Shown here in pieces: positions 19,345 through 29,597 of a DNA stretch of 64,000 nt. The stretch is from positions 226,967 to 290,966 of the forward strand of contig CAYJQB010000001.1 in assembly GCA_964372205.1 (NCBI GenBank). Reading direction: 5' to 3'. Under the pieces are notes generated by a model that did no database searches, was not told the DNA's origin, and was given only the letters and a program-made list of their open reading frames with translations. Position numbers and translations under genes: made by a program. Each line of letters opens with the position of its first letter. Within the stretch, counting starts at the first letter, position 1. This DNA comes from Candidatus Woesearchaeota archaeon (GTDB lineage Archaea; Nanobdellota; Nanobdellia; Pacearchaeales; GW2011-AR1).

Positions 19345-19647
19345 ATGGTAGCAAAAAACTTGCAAAGAATCTTAGGTGGAGCAATTTTAGCAGGAACTCT
19401 GCTTGGAAACGCATCGTGTAGCAATAGGTATATGTCAATTCATGATAGAAAAGACGAAACAATAATCAATTATCAAGGAAAACAATTGGTAGTGGTAGAC
19501 ACCGATTTAGGACCTCTAGTAGAGGGATATCTCAAAAGCGTGAGAGCTGATGGAGAGAGAAGAGCAATAATCGTTGAACCTCTTACAGCAGAAGAGAACA
19601 AAGAGATAAGAGATTATCTAAAGGCAAATCGTTTAGCAGGATTCTAG
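19345..19647 (+). CDS. hypothetical secreted/lipoprotein-like protein
   Basis: Signal-like N-terminus ending in GNASCS; 100 aa. Confidence 0.35.
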   Translation: MVAKNLQRILGGAILAGTLLGNASCSNRYMSIHDRKDETIINYQGKQLVVVDTDLGPLVEGYLKSVRADGERRAIIVEPLTAEENKEIRDYLKANRLAGF

Positions 19648-19868
19648 TCAACAAATAACTGAATGTCGTAGCCTTTCTCAATTACATACTTCTTTATTCT
19701 ACGGAAACTTACATTGTCAGGTCTTCCTCTACCAGATTCATAATTTTTTATACTACTCAAACCGACACCAATAATTCTTGCAAATTCATCTTGAGTTAAG
19801 CCTTCTAATTTTCTAATCTGTTTTGTCACATCCGAATTAAATCTTCTTTTCAAGTAATCACTCCACAA
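19644..19868 (-). CDS. XRE-family (Cro/C1-type) HTH regulator
   Basis: LTQDEFARIIGVGLSSIKNYESG helix-turn-helix signature. Confidence 0.6.
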   Translation of the reverse strand: MWSDYLKRRFNSDVTKQIRKLEGLTQDEFARIIGVGLSSIKNYESGRGRPDNVSFRRIKKYVIEKGYDIQLFVD

Positions 19869-19945
19869 ATAACTGGGCTCACATACTTTGTCCGAAATTT
19901 AAATATATGGAAATATTTATAAACTATGAGTATTCATGACTAATC

Positions 19946-20188
19946 ATGGATACAACAACAATAACTATAGACTTGAGAGTTAAGAAGATGCTTGATAGTT
20001 TGAAGCGTGCTAGAAGAGAGTCTTATAATGATGTTCTTAGTAGAGTTCTCCCAAGTGCATCAACTGATGATGTAGAGTCATTACAAGAGACTGCTGCGAT
20101 ACTGTCAGATTCTGATACAATGGCGAGGCTAGCAAAAAGTATGGGCGATTTTAAACATGGCCGTTTAATAGATTTTAAAGATGTGTAA
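19946..20188 (+). CDS. ribbon-helix-helix antitoxin (CopG/ParD-like)
   Basis: TITIDLRVKKMLDSLKRARRESYNDVLSRVL beta-strand plus two-helix RHH pattern; stop adjoins the RelE start. Confidence 0.5.
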   Translation: MDTTTITIDLRVKKMLDSLKRARRESYNDVLSRVLPSASTDDVESLQETAAILSDSDTMARLAKSMGDFKHGRLIDFKDV

Positions 20189-20446
20189 ATGGACAAACAA
20201 ATCAAGTTCACTCTAGAAAGCAAAGAAGCACTACACTCTTTACATATAGATATTCAAAAATCGGTAAAGTTTGCATTGAAGAAACTTGCCAACGGAGAGA
20301 TTCAGGGAAAACCTCTTACTGAAAGCCTCACAGGATTTAGCAGTCTTAGAGTCGGGAACCATAGAGTAATTTACAGCGTTGAAAAAGATGTGATTATTGT
20401 TTTTGATGTCGGACATCGTAAGAATATTTACAATAAAAAATTGTAA
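20189..20446 (+). CDS. relE: RelE/ParE family toxin
   Basis: LRVGNHRVIYSVEKDVIIVFDVGHRKNIY matches the RelE C-terminal consensus (RVG.YRIIY...I..I.HRK..Y). Confidence 0.75.
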   Translation: MDKQIKFTLESKEALHSLHIDIQKSVKFALKKLANGEIQGKPLTESLTGFSSLRVGNHRVIYSVEKDVIIVFDVGHRKNIYNKKL

Positions 20447-20462
20447 TGGCCCCGAGGGGATT
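20447..20462. repeat. 16-nt direct duplicate of the tRNA-Lys 3' end (att-like scar)
   Basis: tggccccgaggggatt identical to 20531-20546 (3' acceptor plus start of T-stem of tRNA-Lys). Confidence 0.6.
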
Positions 20463-20530
20463 CCTGAAGCTTCGTGAGAAGCGAGGGCTAGCGATTTCAA
20501 TCGCTCTGTGTTCAAATCCCTGAATATAAA

Positions 20531-20674
20531 TGGCCCCGAGGGGATTTGAACCCCCGACACCTGGATTTCTCCTTTCTGGCAATCTTAGTTTCTTTGATTT
20601 CCAGGGAAACTTTCTTTTCTAAAGAAAGTAAGCCTTAAGAGTCCAGTGCTCTAACCAGGCTGAGCTACGAGGCC
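20531..20674 (-). tRNA. tRNA-Lys (anticodon CTT) with 69-nt intron at canonical 37/38 position
   Basis: Hand-folded cloverleaf: acceptor GGCCTCG/CGGGGCC, D-stem GCTC/GAGC, anticodon stem CTGGA/TCCAG with loop CTCTTAA, T-arm GGGGG-TTCAAAT-CCCCT, discriminator A; anticodon 3' strand displaced by a 69-nt insert; BRE/TATA (tttaaaaa) ~28 nt upstream. Confidence 0.8.
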
Positions 20675-20966
20675 ATGCTTAAAAAAGAAACAATTTGTTT
20701 TTAAAGCTTAGTATAAAAATATTTTTAAAGGATATTTCATAAAAAACATCATGGGTGATGATAAGAGAACAGGTTTTCAATTAAGATCTCCAAATTATAG
20801 TGATTTGACTTTATTTCCCGGAAGTTTTCCTCCATCAAGAGATTCTTTAACAGAAGATGGGAATGTAGCATATGATGAAGGAACCCGTGACATACACACT
20901 CTACCATTATTTCCCCATATTCCAACAAATCTTACAGGCGAACAGAGAAAGATATCTTACGATTGA

Positions 20967-21275
20967 TTACTTGTACACTCTCCAAGTGTGTTCACACTCA
21001 GTACACTTATAGAATTTCGTTTCAGCTTCATCTGATGAACGAGTTTGCATAGTCCAGAAAAACGCTTCTTTGTTTTTGCACTTAGGACATTTTATCTCAA
21101 CAACTGGATAAGTATTCAGTTTGTTTTCATCTATTACTGCCACTCCTTCAGTTCTTTCTATCTTCTCAGAACTTTTTATCTTGATATGGCCTTTCGGCTT
21201 GTAACCACACTTAGCACAAGCAGCTTTTTTCTCTTTAATAAGTATAATACTGCCACATTTAGGGCAAAATTCCAT
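20967..21275 (-). CDS. tfs: transcription factor S / RNA polymerase subunit M
   Basis: N-terminal CPKCG...CAKCG zinc ribbon and C-terminal CPKC...QTRSSDEAETKFYKCTECEHTWR TFIIS-type zinc ribbon with acidic hairpin. Confidence 0.8.
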   Translation of the reverse strand: MEFCPKCGSIILIKEKKAACAKCGYKPKGHIKIKSSEKIERTEGVAVIDENKLNTYPVVEIKCPKCKNKEAFFWTMQTRSSDEAETKFYKCTECEHTWRVYK

Positions 21276-21326
21276 GCCGGTTTAAAGGGAGGGACACTAT
21301 TTTAAGCTTTTGGTTAGAAAAGATAA

Positions 21327-21896
21327 CTACTTACAGAATCCTCTTTGCTCTTCAGATCTAGAGCCTTCAAAGAAGATAAGCTTTAGCCATCCAACTACAG
21401 GTATTCTCACAACGGCTTTTCCAAGGATTTTATCTTCATCTATTCTCTTCTCCTGCGCAAGCTGTCCAAAGTTATTATCTCCCTTTGTGCTGTAAGGAAC
21501 TTCATCTATCAGTCTATGAATCAAAGGATACTTGAAGTCTGTTTGAAATACGATTATGTCTCCGAGTTCATAATCTCCTCTGCCGTATATAAGAACAACA
21601 TCCCCCTTATTCAGCCCGCTTTTCATAGAAAATTCTTCAAACTCTTCTTTCTCAATACCTTCCTTCTCATACCAAACACCATTTCTGTCCCACCACTCAT
21701 CGAAATCGACGCCGTGATACATAGAACAAGATTCCACCACAACTAATGGCAAAGAGCTTCCAGTAGCAAAAGACAACAACGGGAAAAATACAAATTTTAT
21801 AACTACAAAAGTTAATATCAAGGACACAATCCACGAATCCCAGGTATCTTTTTTTAGATATTTCCAAATCTTCTTAGGATATTCGAGAATATTCAT
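21327..21896 (-). CDS. signal peptidase I (S26 family, archaeal Sec11-type)
   Basis: TM anchor followed by VVESCSMYH (catalytic Ser motif), GDVVL and GDIIVF...IHRLI boxes. Confidence 0.7.
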   Translation of the reverse strand: MNILEYPKKIWKYLKKDTWDSWIVSLILTFVVIKFVFFPLLSFATGSSLPLVVVESCSMYHGVDFDEWWDRNGVWYEKEGIEKEEFEEFSMKSGLNKGDVVLIYGRGDYELGDIIVFQTDFKYPLIHRLIDEVPYSTKGDNNFGQLAQEKRIDEDKILGKAVVRIPVVGWLKLIFFEGSRSEEQRGFCK

Positions 21897-21927
21897 TTCC
21901 TTGAAAAAGAAACAAGTTATTTAAATT

Positions 21928-22695
21928 TCACTCTTTCAAATCATTATAACTCAATGGTCTAATCCCCAATCTTCCTCTTGAAGCTTGTAGACTTGGATCT
22001 CTCAGAGCAGTATATGTTTCATCACTCAAATCTTTCACTCCAATTGTGCTAAATGTAGTGCTAGAAGCCAAAAGCTTTCCAACAAGTCCAATCAATTTTC
22101 CAATTCTGTGCTCCCCTCTTCTGAATCTTAAAGTCACTTTGTCTCCACGAGCTACTGCGCTTCTGAGGCTATCAATTTCCCCTAGATAATATTCAAATGC
22201 TCCTGGTTGAACTTGCACGTCATAGCGTTCTTTGCTTAGCAATATGAGCATGGAGTTTACATTATCAAACTCACCTGCCCTATACAACACAGCTCTCAAT
22301 GAATAGTGACTAAGTAGAGATCCATCTCCTTTCACAACTCCTGCTCCAAACTCGAACCCTTTAACACGAGGCTTTCCTAAAGAGTTTCTAACTCCTTCTC
22401 TATAAATCTCTGCATCCTCCTCACAAAGCAGTTCCGAAAATCTTCTGTTTCTGAGAGTTTCTCTTCCATGTTGAAGGTTCATAAGAGCTTCTCCTCCAGC
22501 AACAATAATTTTTCCATCAGCATCAAGAACAAAATATCCTTTGCCTCGATTGTGAAACTTTCTTTTCTCTACAGGATGACTTGTTAAGAAATCTTGTAAT
22601 TCTTTCCTTGCAAGAGTTATAGAATTTCTTTGATATTCAGATAGCTCCATAAACTCACTTCTTGCGAAACATTTAAATAGTTGCTGTATATACAA
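21928..22695 (-). CDS. hypothetical protein
   Basis: 255-aa ORF, conserved-looking but not recognised. Confidence 0.4.
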   Translation of the reverse strand: MYIQQLFKCFARSEFMELSEYQRNSITLARKELQDFLTSHPVEKRKFHNRGKGYFVLDADGKIIVAGGEALMNLQHGRETLRNRRFSELLCEEDAEIYREGVRNSLGKPRVKGFEFGAGVVKGDGSLLSHYSLRAVLYRAGEFDNVNSMLILLSKERYDVQVQPGAFEYYLGEIDSLRSAVARGDKVTLRFRRGEHRIGKLIGLVGKLLASSTTFSTIGVKDLSDETYTALRDPSLQASRGRLGIRPLSYNDLKE

Positions 22696-22726
22696 TCAGT
22701 ATACACAAAGAGTATTTCCTTAGAAG

Positions 22727-23068
22727 ATGACTGACATATTTGATACGAAGATTATCTGCACAAAATGCAACAACAGGATGGAGCAAACATTCGTGCCTAA
22801 AAATGGCTTCAAGTTAAGGGCTGTAAAATGTCCTCAATGCCACGATCAGATAATTCATCCAGCTGACCAAGCCAAGTATGAAAAGTTTGACGATTTAAAG
22901 GGAAAAACTTATAATGTCAAGCTAAGACTTGTGGGTAATAGCCACGCAGTGAGTATCCCAAAGGAAATCATAGACTTCATCCACAAGCAGGAAGAAGTAA
23001 TGGATGACATGGTAAGGCTATGTTTTGAAGACATGCATAGAATAAGCTTAATGTTTGGAGACAAATAA
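22727..23068 (+). CDS. zinc-ribbon protein with AbrB/SpoVT-like C-terminal segment
   Basis: CTKC...CPQC zinc ribbon; VKLRLVGNSHAVSIPKEIIDF swapped-hairpin-like motif; 14-nt overlap with cdc48. Confidence 0.45.
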   Translation: MTDIFDTKIICTKCNNRMEQTFVPKNGFKLRAVKCPQCHDQIIHPADQAKYEKFDDLKGKTYNVKLRLVGNSHAVSIPKEIIDFIHKQEEVMDDMVRLCFEDMHRISLMFGDK

Positions 23069-25352
23069 TATGGTAGAACAAGTAAAACTTAAAGTGTTGG
23101 AAGCATTGCAGGACGATGCATACAAAGGTGTCGCGCGTATAGACACTGAGATAATGAAAGTACTCAATTTAAAGAGGGGAGATATAATTTCTATAAAAGG
23201 CGAAAGAGAAACTGTAGCTATAGTGGATAGGTCTTATCCTGCAGATGTAGGTGAAGGCATAATAAGGATAGACGGTTTGATAAGAAGAAACGCCAAAACA
23301 GGTATTGGAGAATTTGCGACAATAAAAAAATCGCCCCAAGTTAAACCTGCTAAAAAAATAGTTCTTGCACCTGCCCAACAAGGAGTTGTCGTACAAGGGG
23401 ATCCAGAATTTTTCAGGAATGGACTTCTAGGAAGGGCAGTAGTAAAAGGCGACATCATATCTTTAGGTGGAGCACAAAGACGTAGAGATTTGATGCATGA
23501 CATGTCTGACATATTTGGAGACATAGAAGAGCTATTCGGAAACAATTTCGGATTCTCAGGATTCCAAAGAGTGCGACTACTTGTTGCAAACGTAAATCCA
23601 GCACAGCCAGTCATAATAACAGAAGATACAGAAATAACAGTCAATTCCAAATCAATGGACATTACAGAAGAGAGTGTTCCAGATGTCACTTATGAAGATA
23701 TTGGAGGATTGAAAGAAGAGATAAAGAAAATCAGAGAGATGGTTGAACTTCCTTTGAAACATCCAGAAATATTCGACAGATTAGGAATAGAGCCTCCTAA
23801 GGGTGTTTTGTTACACGGTCCTCCCGGAACAGGTAAGACTCTATTAGCAAAAGCAGTTGCAACAGAATCAGAAGCAAACTTCATTCTTCTCAATGGTCCA
23901 GAAATAATGAGCAAGTTCTATGGAGAATCTGAAAAAAAGATTCGTGATTTGTTTGAAGATGCAGAAAAGAACGCTCCAACAATCATATTCATTGACGAGA
24001 TTGATGCAATTGCTCCGAAGAGAGAGGACGTTCAAGGAGAAGTTGAAAGAAGAGTTGTTTCACAATTGCTTACAGCCATGGACGGACTTCAGTCTAGAGG
24101 GAGAGTAATAGTTATAGGGGCAACAAACAGACCTAACTCAATTGACCAAGCTCTTAGGAGACCAGGAAGATTCGACAGAGAAATAGAGATATCAGTTCCT
24201 GATAAACACGGAAGATTAAACATTCTAAAGATTCACACGAGAAACATGCCTCTTGACAAGTCAGTAAAGTTAGAATTCCTTGCAGGAAAAACTCACGGAT
24301 TTGTAGGAGCAGACCTTGCATCATTAGCAAAAGAAGCTGCTATGAATCTTCTAAGAAAGATACTTCCAGACTTCAAACTAGAGGACGGAAAAGAAATACC
24401 TCAAGAAGTGTTGGATAAAATGATAATTTCAATGGAGCACTTTGAAGAAGCTCTTAAGGTTGTAAGACCTTCAGCGATGAGAGAAGTCTTAGTTGAAAGT
24501 CCGAATATTAAGTGGGAAGATATTGGCGGTCTTGATAACACTAAGCAGATGCTTAAGGAAGCAGTAGAATGGCCTATGAAATACAAAAGTAGTTTTGATA
24601 GATTAGGAATAAAACCTCCAAGAGGAGTTCTTCTTTATGGTCCTCCCGGAACAGGTAAGACTCTATTAGCAAAAGCAGTTGCAACAGAATCAGAAGCAAA
24701 CTTCATTCAAGTCAAAGGCCCCTCATTACTTTCTATGTGGGTAGGAAAATCAGAAGAAGGAGTAAGAAAGGTCTTTGAAAGAGCAAGGCAAGTATCTCCA
24801 TGTATAGTCTTCTTTGATGAAATAGATGCGCTTGCAGGAAAGAGAGGAATGGAAACGGGTACTAAAGTGACTGAACGTGTTCTCAATCAGCTTCTTGCAG
24901 AAATGGACGGACTTGAAGGGCTTAAAGATGTTACAGTTATAGCTGCTACAAATCGCCCGGACATGTTAGACTCTGCATTATTAAGACCGGGAAGATTTGA
25001 CAGAATATTATTGGTAGATGTTCCAGACAAGGAAAGCAGAAAGAGCATATTGGAAATTCATACAAAGAACATGCCTCTTGACAAGTCAGTAAAGATTGCT
25101 GATCTGGTTAAGAAGACAGAAGGATTTGTAGGAGCAGACCTTGAGAACTTCGTCAGAGAAGCAGCCCTCACAGCATTGCGTAAAAATATAAATGTCGATA
25201 AAGTAAGCATGGAAGATTTTGAAGAGGCATTGATGAAAACCAAACCTTCAGTATCAGAAGAAACTGCAAAGCGTTACAAGAAGATAGAAGACTATTATCT
25301 AAAGACTGCCAAAGCCGGGCTGGCATCACAAGGGCCTGTATACACAGGCTGA
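23055..25352 (+). CDS. cdc48: Cdc48/VCP-like AAA+ ATPase (tandem AAA domains)
   Basis: Two Walker [16 protein letters not shown], two Walker B/second-region-of-homology segments, N-terminal double-psi barrel region; 765 aa. Confidence 0.9.
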   Translation: METNNMVEQVKLKVLEALQDDAYKGVARIDTEIMKVLNLKRGDIISIKGERETVAIVDRSYPADVGEGIIRIDGLIRRNAKTGIGEFATIKKSPQVKPAKKIVLAPAQQGVVVQGDPEFFRNGLLGRAVVKGDIISLGGAQRRRDLMHDMSDIFGDIEELFGNNFGFSGFQRVRLLVANVNPAQPVIITEDTEITVNSKSMDITEESVPDVTYEDIGGLKEEIKKIREMVELPLKHPEIFDRLGIEPPKGVLLHGPPGTGKTLLAKAVATESEANFILLNGPEIMSKFYGESEKKIRDLFEDAEKNAPTIIFIDEIDAIAPKREDVQGEVERRVVSQLLTAMDGLQSRGRVIVIGATNRPNSIDQALRRPGRFDREIEISVPDKHGRLNILKIHTRNMPLDKSVKLEFLAGKTHGFVGADLASLAKEAAMNLLRKILPDFKLEDGKEIPQEVLDKMIISMEHFEEALKVVRPSAMREVLVESPNIKWEDIGGLDNTKQMLKEAVEWPMKYKSSFDRLGIKPPRGVLLYGPPGTGKTLLAKAVATESEANFIQVKGPSLLSMWVGKSEEGVRKVFERARQVSPCIVFFDEIDALAGKRGMETGTKVTERVLNQLLAEMDGLEGLKDVTVIAATNRPDMLDSALLRPGRFDRILLVDVPDKESRKSILEIHTKNMPLDKSVKIADLVKKTEGFVGADLENFVREAALTALRKNINVDKVSMEDFEEALMKTKPSVSEETAKRYKKIEDYYLKTAKAGLASQGPVYTG

Positions 25353-25525
25353 TCATAGTCACTCTGTTAAGGAGCGACGTCACCTCTTATCCCAGAAGAG
25401 GACGCTTGAATCCACCTAAGTTCTAAACCCCTCTTTAATTCAGGCGTTCTCTTCCAGGGTTGAAAGTTTGATTATAATTGTCTAGCTAATCAAATACATA
25501 ACCCAAAATTATCTTAATACAGAAA

Positions 25526-26353
25526 TTACTGCTTCGTCTTTACTTTACTCAAAGGAGTGAAATCTCTCCAATTCTTCTCAAACATCTCTTTCAAAGAACC
25601 AGCAAAGAAATCACTAGCGAGCCAGACAGCAACATCATAGTTAGGATGCACCTGTTTATCATCCATCAGCATGAACATAAGTTGTTTATCATCTACCATT
25701 GCAAACCTTCCTACAGACTTTCCATCAACAGATCTTACTTCTGCATACTTGGAGAGCTCTTTAGCAACCTTGTAATTTGAAGAATCAATAGGAGCTGCAA
25801 CCTTTATGCTCACTCCACGCTTTTTTGCCTTTTCAAACGCAGGCAATAATGCTTCCATCTTTCTATTAAGACCTTCAGCACTCGTTACAATAACTGCATT
25901 CTTCTCAGCATCTTTAAGCATCATATCAAGATGATTGTACATGTTCTGTCTTCCCTTTATGCTACCAGAAAGATCAGATGGCTCAACAAATTTTATCCCT
26001 TGAGTGAACAATCCACTCAACTCTTGCAGGACTTCGTCGTCTTTCAGCTTATCGAGTCTCTTCGATTTTTCATGAGCATCAACAACAAGATTCTTCTTTA
26101 CTCTTTCAACAACCTCTTCAGGCTTAAGAGCTATAAACTTTATTGGCTTTCCCAATTTCATTATAATAAATCCTTTCTTTTCAAGTGATTCAAGTATATC
26201 ATAAGTCCTGCTTCGTGGAACGTCAGAAATATTGCTCAGCTCCCCAGCAGTAGAAACACCTCGAGAAAGCAAAGAAGTCCAGACTTTAACCTCATATAGA
26301 TTTAGGTCAAAAATTTTTCTCAACCTGCTCAAAAACTCTTCATTAACTATCAT
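25526..26353 (-). CDS. TrmB-family transcriptional regulator
   Basis: N-terminal LNLYEVKVWTSLLSRGVSTAGELSNISDVPRSRTYDILESLEKKGF wHTH typical of TrmB, plus C-terminal sensor domain. Confidence 0.6.
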   Translation of the reverse strand: MIVNEEFLSRLRKIFDLNLYEVKVWTSLLSRGVSTAGELSNISDVPRSRTYDILESLEKKGFIIMKLGKPIKFIALKPEEVVERVKKNLVVDAHEKSKRLDKLKDDEVLQELSGLFTQGIKFVEPSDLSGSIKGRQNMYNHLDMMLKDAEKNAVIVTSAEGLNRKMEALLPAFEKAKKRGVSIKVAAPIDSSNYKVAKELSKYAEVRSVDGKSVGRFAMVDDKQLMFMLMDDKQVHPNYDVAVWLASDFFAGSLKEMFEKNWRDFTPLSKVKTKQ

Positions 26354-26429
26354 TTGGTCTCGAAATCAGCCTCTCAAATTTACAATTCAAAAGACTATTT
26401 AAATCTTTTTAATCGTTATTGCTTTTAAA

Positions 26430-29303
26430 TTACGAAATTTTGATGGAAAAATGTTTTTCCTTGATGGTGAAACTTAAACTATCATTCTCAGGTTTTTCGT
26501 CGGAAAAAATTATTTTTTTAGAATTTGTCCTTTCTTTCAAAAAATCTAGATAAGGGGTAAAAATCACCATATATTTTTTCTCGCTCCAGACTTTTAATTC
26601 GATTACGTCTTCTTTTTTCATACCAAGTTTTTTTCTTTCAGATTGGATTCTTCTAGCAAGCTCCCTTGCAAACCCTTCAGCTTCAAGCTCAGGAGTAATC
26701 TTGGTGTCCAAAACTGCAGTTGTTGTAGAATTATCTTTCTTTTTTACAACCACTTCCTTAACATTAAGCTGTCTTGATATTATCTCTTTCAACTCTTCGG
26801 GAAAATATTCATTGCCAAAAAGTTTATTGCTAATAGTAGCAGTTACAGATGGCAATGGCCATCTCAATCCCACTTTTGCATTATCTCTTTCAGCAAGTCC
26901 CTTCTCAATTATTTCCAATGCTATGTTAAAACCAAACTCAAGATTCGTGTCTATCTTCTTTTCATCTACTTCAGGCCAGCTTGTCAAATGAACACTTTCA
27001 CCCTCAGCGATTCCCTTGCTTCTTAAGTTTTGCCAGATTCTTTCAGTTATGAATAATGAAACTGGAGCTAACAATGTAAGAACTCTCTTCAAACAGTGTG
27101 AGATTATTTCTCCCTTTTGTTCATCTCTGTTCATCTGCACATATCCTCTTGAAAGGTCATCAAGTATAAATCCAGTAATATCTCTGAACGCATCACTGAA
27201 TTGAAATTTATCAACTTTTTCTTTATAATCTCTAGTCATCGTTTCCAATCTCGAAAGAATCCATTCATCAGTCACATCTTCGATTTTAACATCTCCCTTT
27301 ACAGCAAGATTTTGCAGGTTCCATAACACATTCAAAACTTTTCCAACCTCTTTTTTAGCAATATCCATATTGAACTTTTGAGTTTCATAAGGTGCAACAT
27401 CCCAACAAAAGTAATATCTGAGTGTATCTGCTCCAAGTGTGTCAAGCGCCTCTTCTGCCGTCGTGACATTACCTAAAGACTTAGACATTTTATTTCCATT
27501 TCTATCAAGCACCCACCCAGTCATGCTCACTTCTTTATACGCAGGCTTTTCAAAAATGGCTGAAGAGCAGAACATCAATGAATAGAACCATCCTCTTATC
27601 TGGTCTTGTGCTTCATTTATTCTAGACACGGGAAAATTCTTCTCAAATAGTTCCTTATTCTTTTCAGGATAACCTAAGCTTGCCCAGGGAGCAATCCCCG
27701 AATCAAACCAAACATCAAGGATTCCTTTCATCTTAATAAATTTCTTACCTTTCTTTTCTATTACTATGTCATCAACTGCATGCAAATCAGATATTTTTTT
27801 CCCACTAAGTTTCTCAAGCTCTTTTCCACTTTTGATTACAATCTCTTCTCCATCTTCAGCTCTCCAAATTGGAATTGGTATACCCCAGTATCTCTGTCTT
27901 GAGATGTTCCAGTCTTCTGCATTATCAACCCAATTATCAAATCTTTCTCTTGCAAAATCAGGATACCATAGTACCTTTTCATTTTCTCTTTGGATTATCT
28001 TTTTTACCTCATCAACTCTGAAAAATAATTGCTTGCTAAGTCTGAAAATCAAAGGCGATTTGCATCTCCAACAAAGTGGGTAATTGTGTTTTATGATTTC
28101 TTTGAAAAGAAGCTTACCCTCATTTTCCAGTCTTTCAATAATCTCATTATCTGCGTCTTTAACAAATCCCGAAAATCCAGAATCTTCAGTAAAATGGGCT
28201 CTGTTATCTAAAGGCGAGACTGCGGCAAGTTTGTAATGCTGTCCGACAAGGCCATCTGTCTTTCCATGTCCTGGAGCGGTGTGAACTAAACCAGTGCCTT
28301 CCACAGTTGTCACAAACTCTTCAAAAACATCCTCACCTTTAACACCCTTTTTAGTTCTCATCTTACTTGCCACTCTTTCTTTCAAGATAGCTATCGAAGC
28401 AACAATTATATGTGATTTTCCATATTTTCCTTTTAGAAGATTTCTTTGCAAAGGAACATCTAGCAATGGTTCATATTCCTTTCCAACTAATTCCTTTCCC
28501 TTGAAAGTTTTTAGGATGCTATATCCGAATCCTTCCTGTGATAATCTTTCCAGCCTTTTCTGAGCAAGAATTACTCTTTTTCCTGCAACTTCTGCTACAA
28601 CATAATCTTCATTAGGAGCTATAGCAATGGCGACATTAGCTGGCAAAGTCCAAGGCGTTGTGGTATACACAAGAAGATGCTCATCAGAATTTTTCAACCT
28701 GAAAAGAACATATACTCCAGGATCACTGACTTCTTTATAACTATCTGTGACTTCATAACCTGCAAGGCTAGTTTCACACCTAGGACACCACATAACCGGT
28801 TTCTCTCCCTCGTAAACAAGTCCCTTTTTGTACATCTCACTAAAAGCCCACCAACCCGATGAAACATAATAATCTTCATAGGTTAAGTAAGGTTTTTTCA
28901 AGGTGTAAAGGCTTCCAAGCTTTTCATAAGCTTTCATCCAAAGGTCTTTATTCAATATAGCACTTTCCTTACATTCTTTCATGAAATTGTGCACACCAAA
29001 TTTTTCAATATCTTTTTTAGTTTTCAAGTCAAGCTTCTTCTCAACCATATTTTCAACAGGCAGACCATGGGTATCAAATCCTGGCTGGAAAAGCACATTA
29101 TACCCTTTCATAAATGCGATTCTTATAATCATATCTTTGAAAATAGTGTTCTTGATGTGGCCTACGTGAGGCGTGAAATTAGCGTAAGGAGGACCATCAA
29201 GGAGAAAATAACTCTTTCCCTCCCTAGATATCAATTTTTCATTTATTTTATTTTTCTTCCAGAAATCTCTTACTTCTTTTTCAATTTGAGCATGGTCTAT
29301 CAT
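26430..29303 (-). CDS. ileS: class I aminoacyl-tRNA synthetase, most likely isoleucyl-tRNA synthetase
   Basis: HIGH-type motif PHVGH, KMSKS motif NKMSKSLGN, PGFDTHGLPVE (IleRS-type WDCHGLPIE box), WCPRCETSL zinc knuckle; 957 aa. Confidence 0.6.
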   Translation of the reverse strand: MIDHAQIEKEVRDFWKKNKINEKLISREGKSYFLLDGPPYANFTPHVGHIKNTIFKDMIIRIAFMKGYNVLFQPGFDTHGLPVENMVEKKLDLKTKKDIEKFGVHNFMKECKESAILNKDLWMKAYEKLGSLYTLKKPYLTYEDYYVSSGWWAFSEMYKKGLVYEGEKPVMWCPRCETSLAGYEVTDSYKEVSDPGVYVLFRLKNSDEHLLVYTTTPWTLPANVAIAIAPNEDYVVAEVAGKRVILAQKRLERLSQEGFGYSILKTFKGKELVGKEYEPLLDVPLQRNLLKGKYGKSHIIVASIAILKERVASKMRTKKGVKGEDVFEEFVTTVEGTGLVHTAPGHGKTDGLVGQHYKLAAVSPLDNRAHFTEDSGFSGFVKDADNEIIERLENEGKLLFKEIIKHNYPLCWRCKSPLIFRLSKQLFFRVDEVKKIIQRENEKVLWYPDFARERFDNWVDNAEDWNISRQRYWGIPIPIWRAEDGEEIVIKSGKELEKLSGKKISDLHAVDDIVIEKKGKKFIKMKGILDVWFDSGIAPWASLGYPEKNKELFEKNFPVSRINEAQDQIRGWFYSLMFCSSAIFEKPAYKEVSMTGWVLDRNGNKMSKSLGNVTTAEEALDTLGADTLRYYFCWDVAPYETQKFNMDIAKKEVGKVLNVLWNLQNLAVKGDVKIEDVTDEWILSRLETMTRDYKEKVDKFQFSDAFRDITGFILDDLSRGYVQMNRDEQKGEIISHCLKRVLTLLAPVSLFITERIWQNLRSKGIAEGESVHLTSWPEVDEKKIDTNLEFGFNIALEIIEKGLAERDNAKVGLRWPLPSVTATISNKLFGNEYFPEELKEIISRQLNVKEVVVKKKDNSTTTAVLDTKITPELEAEGFARELARRIQSERKKLGMKKEDVIELKVWSEKKYMVIFTPYLDFLKERTNSKKIIFSDEKPENDSLSFTIKEKHFSIKIS

Positions 29304-29327
29304 GAATATACTTCTCGAATTACTTTT

Positions 29328-29597
29328 TTAAAACCTTCTTTTTCGAGTCCAAGAATGGTCTTTGCTCTTTACAAGTCCAACAGAGGAAACTATCAGTATG
29401 AACAAAGATGTGAGCGCTTCGGCGGGGCTTTTAGTCAACCAGAACCATAAGACGCTCGCTACTGAAACAATGACTAGCATCCTTAGCCAGACTCTTCCTG
29501 GAACGAGTTCATCTCTTGCAAACCATGAAACTAAAAATCCTACAGGCACAGCTAATACCAGCACAATCAGAGTTAATACCCAGCTAGTCAAGGACAA
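29328..29597 (-). CDS. small membrane protein
   Basis: Three hydrophobic segments; 89 aa. Confidence 0.3.
   Translation of the reverse strand: MSLTSWVLTLIVLVLAVPVGFLVSWFARDELVPGRVWLRMLVIVSVASVLWFWLTKSPAEALTSLFILIVSSVGLVKSKDHSWTRKRRF

Noticed and set aside
20447-20530. Possible second tRNA or permuted/split tRNA upstream of tRNA-Lys (contains gtgttcaaatccc and the acceptor-like tggccccgagggga)
   Set aside because: No acceptor, D, anticodon and T arms can be paired in either orientation. It is interpreted instead as a partial duplicate of the tRNA-Lys 3' end.
20240-20582. 106-aa and 62-aa minus-strand ORFs spanning the relE 3' end and the tRNA-Lys gene
   Set aside because: They overlap a well-supported tRNA and the RelE gene on the opposite strand, and are artefacts of the ORF scan.
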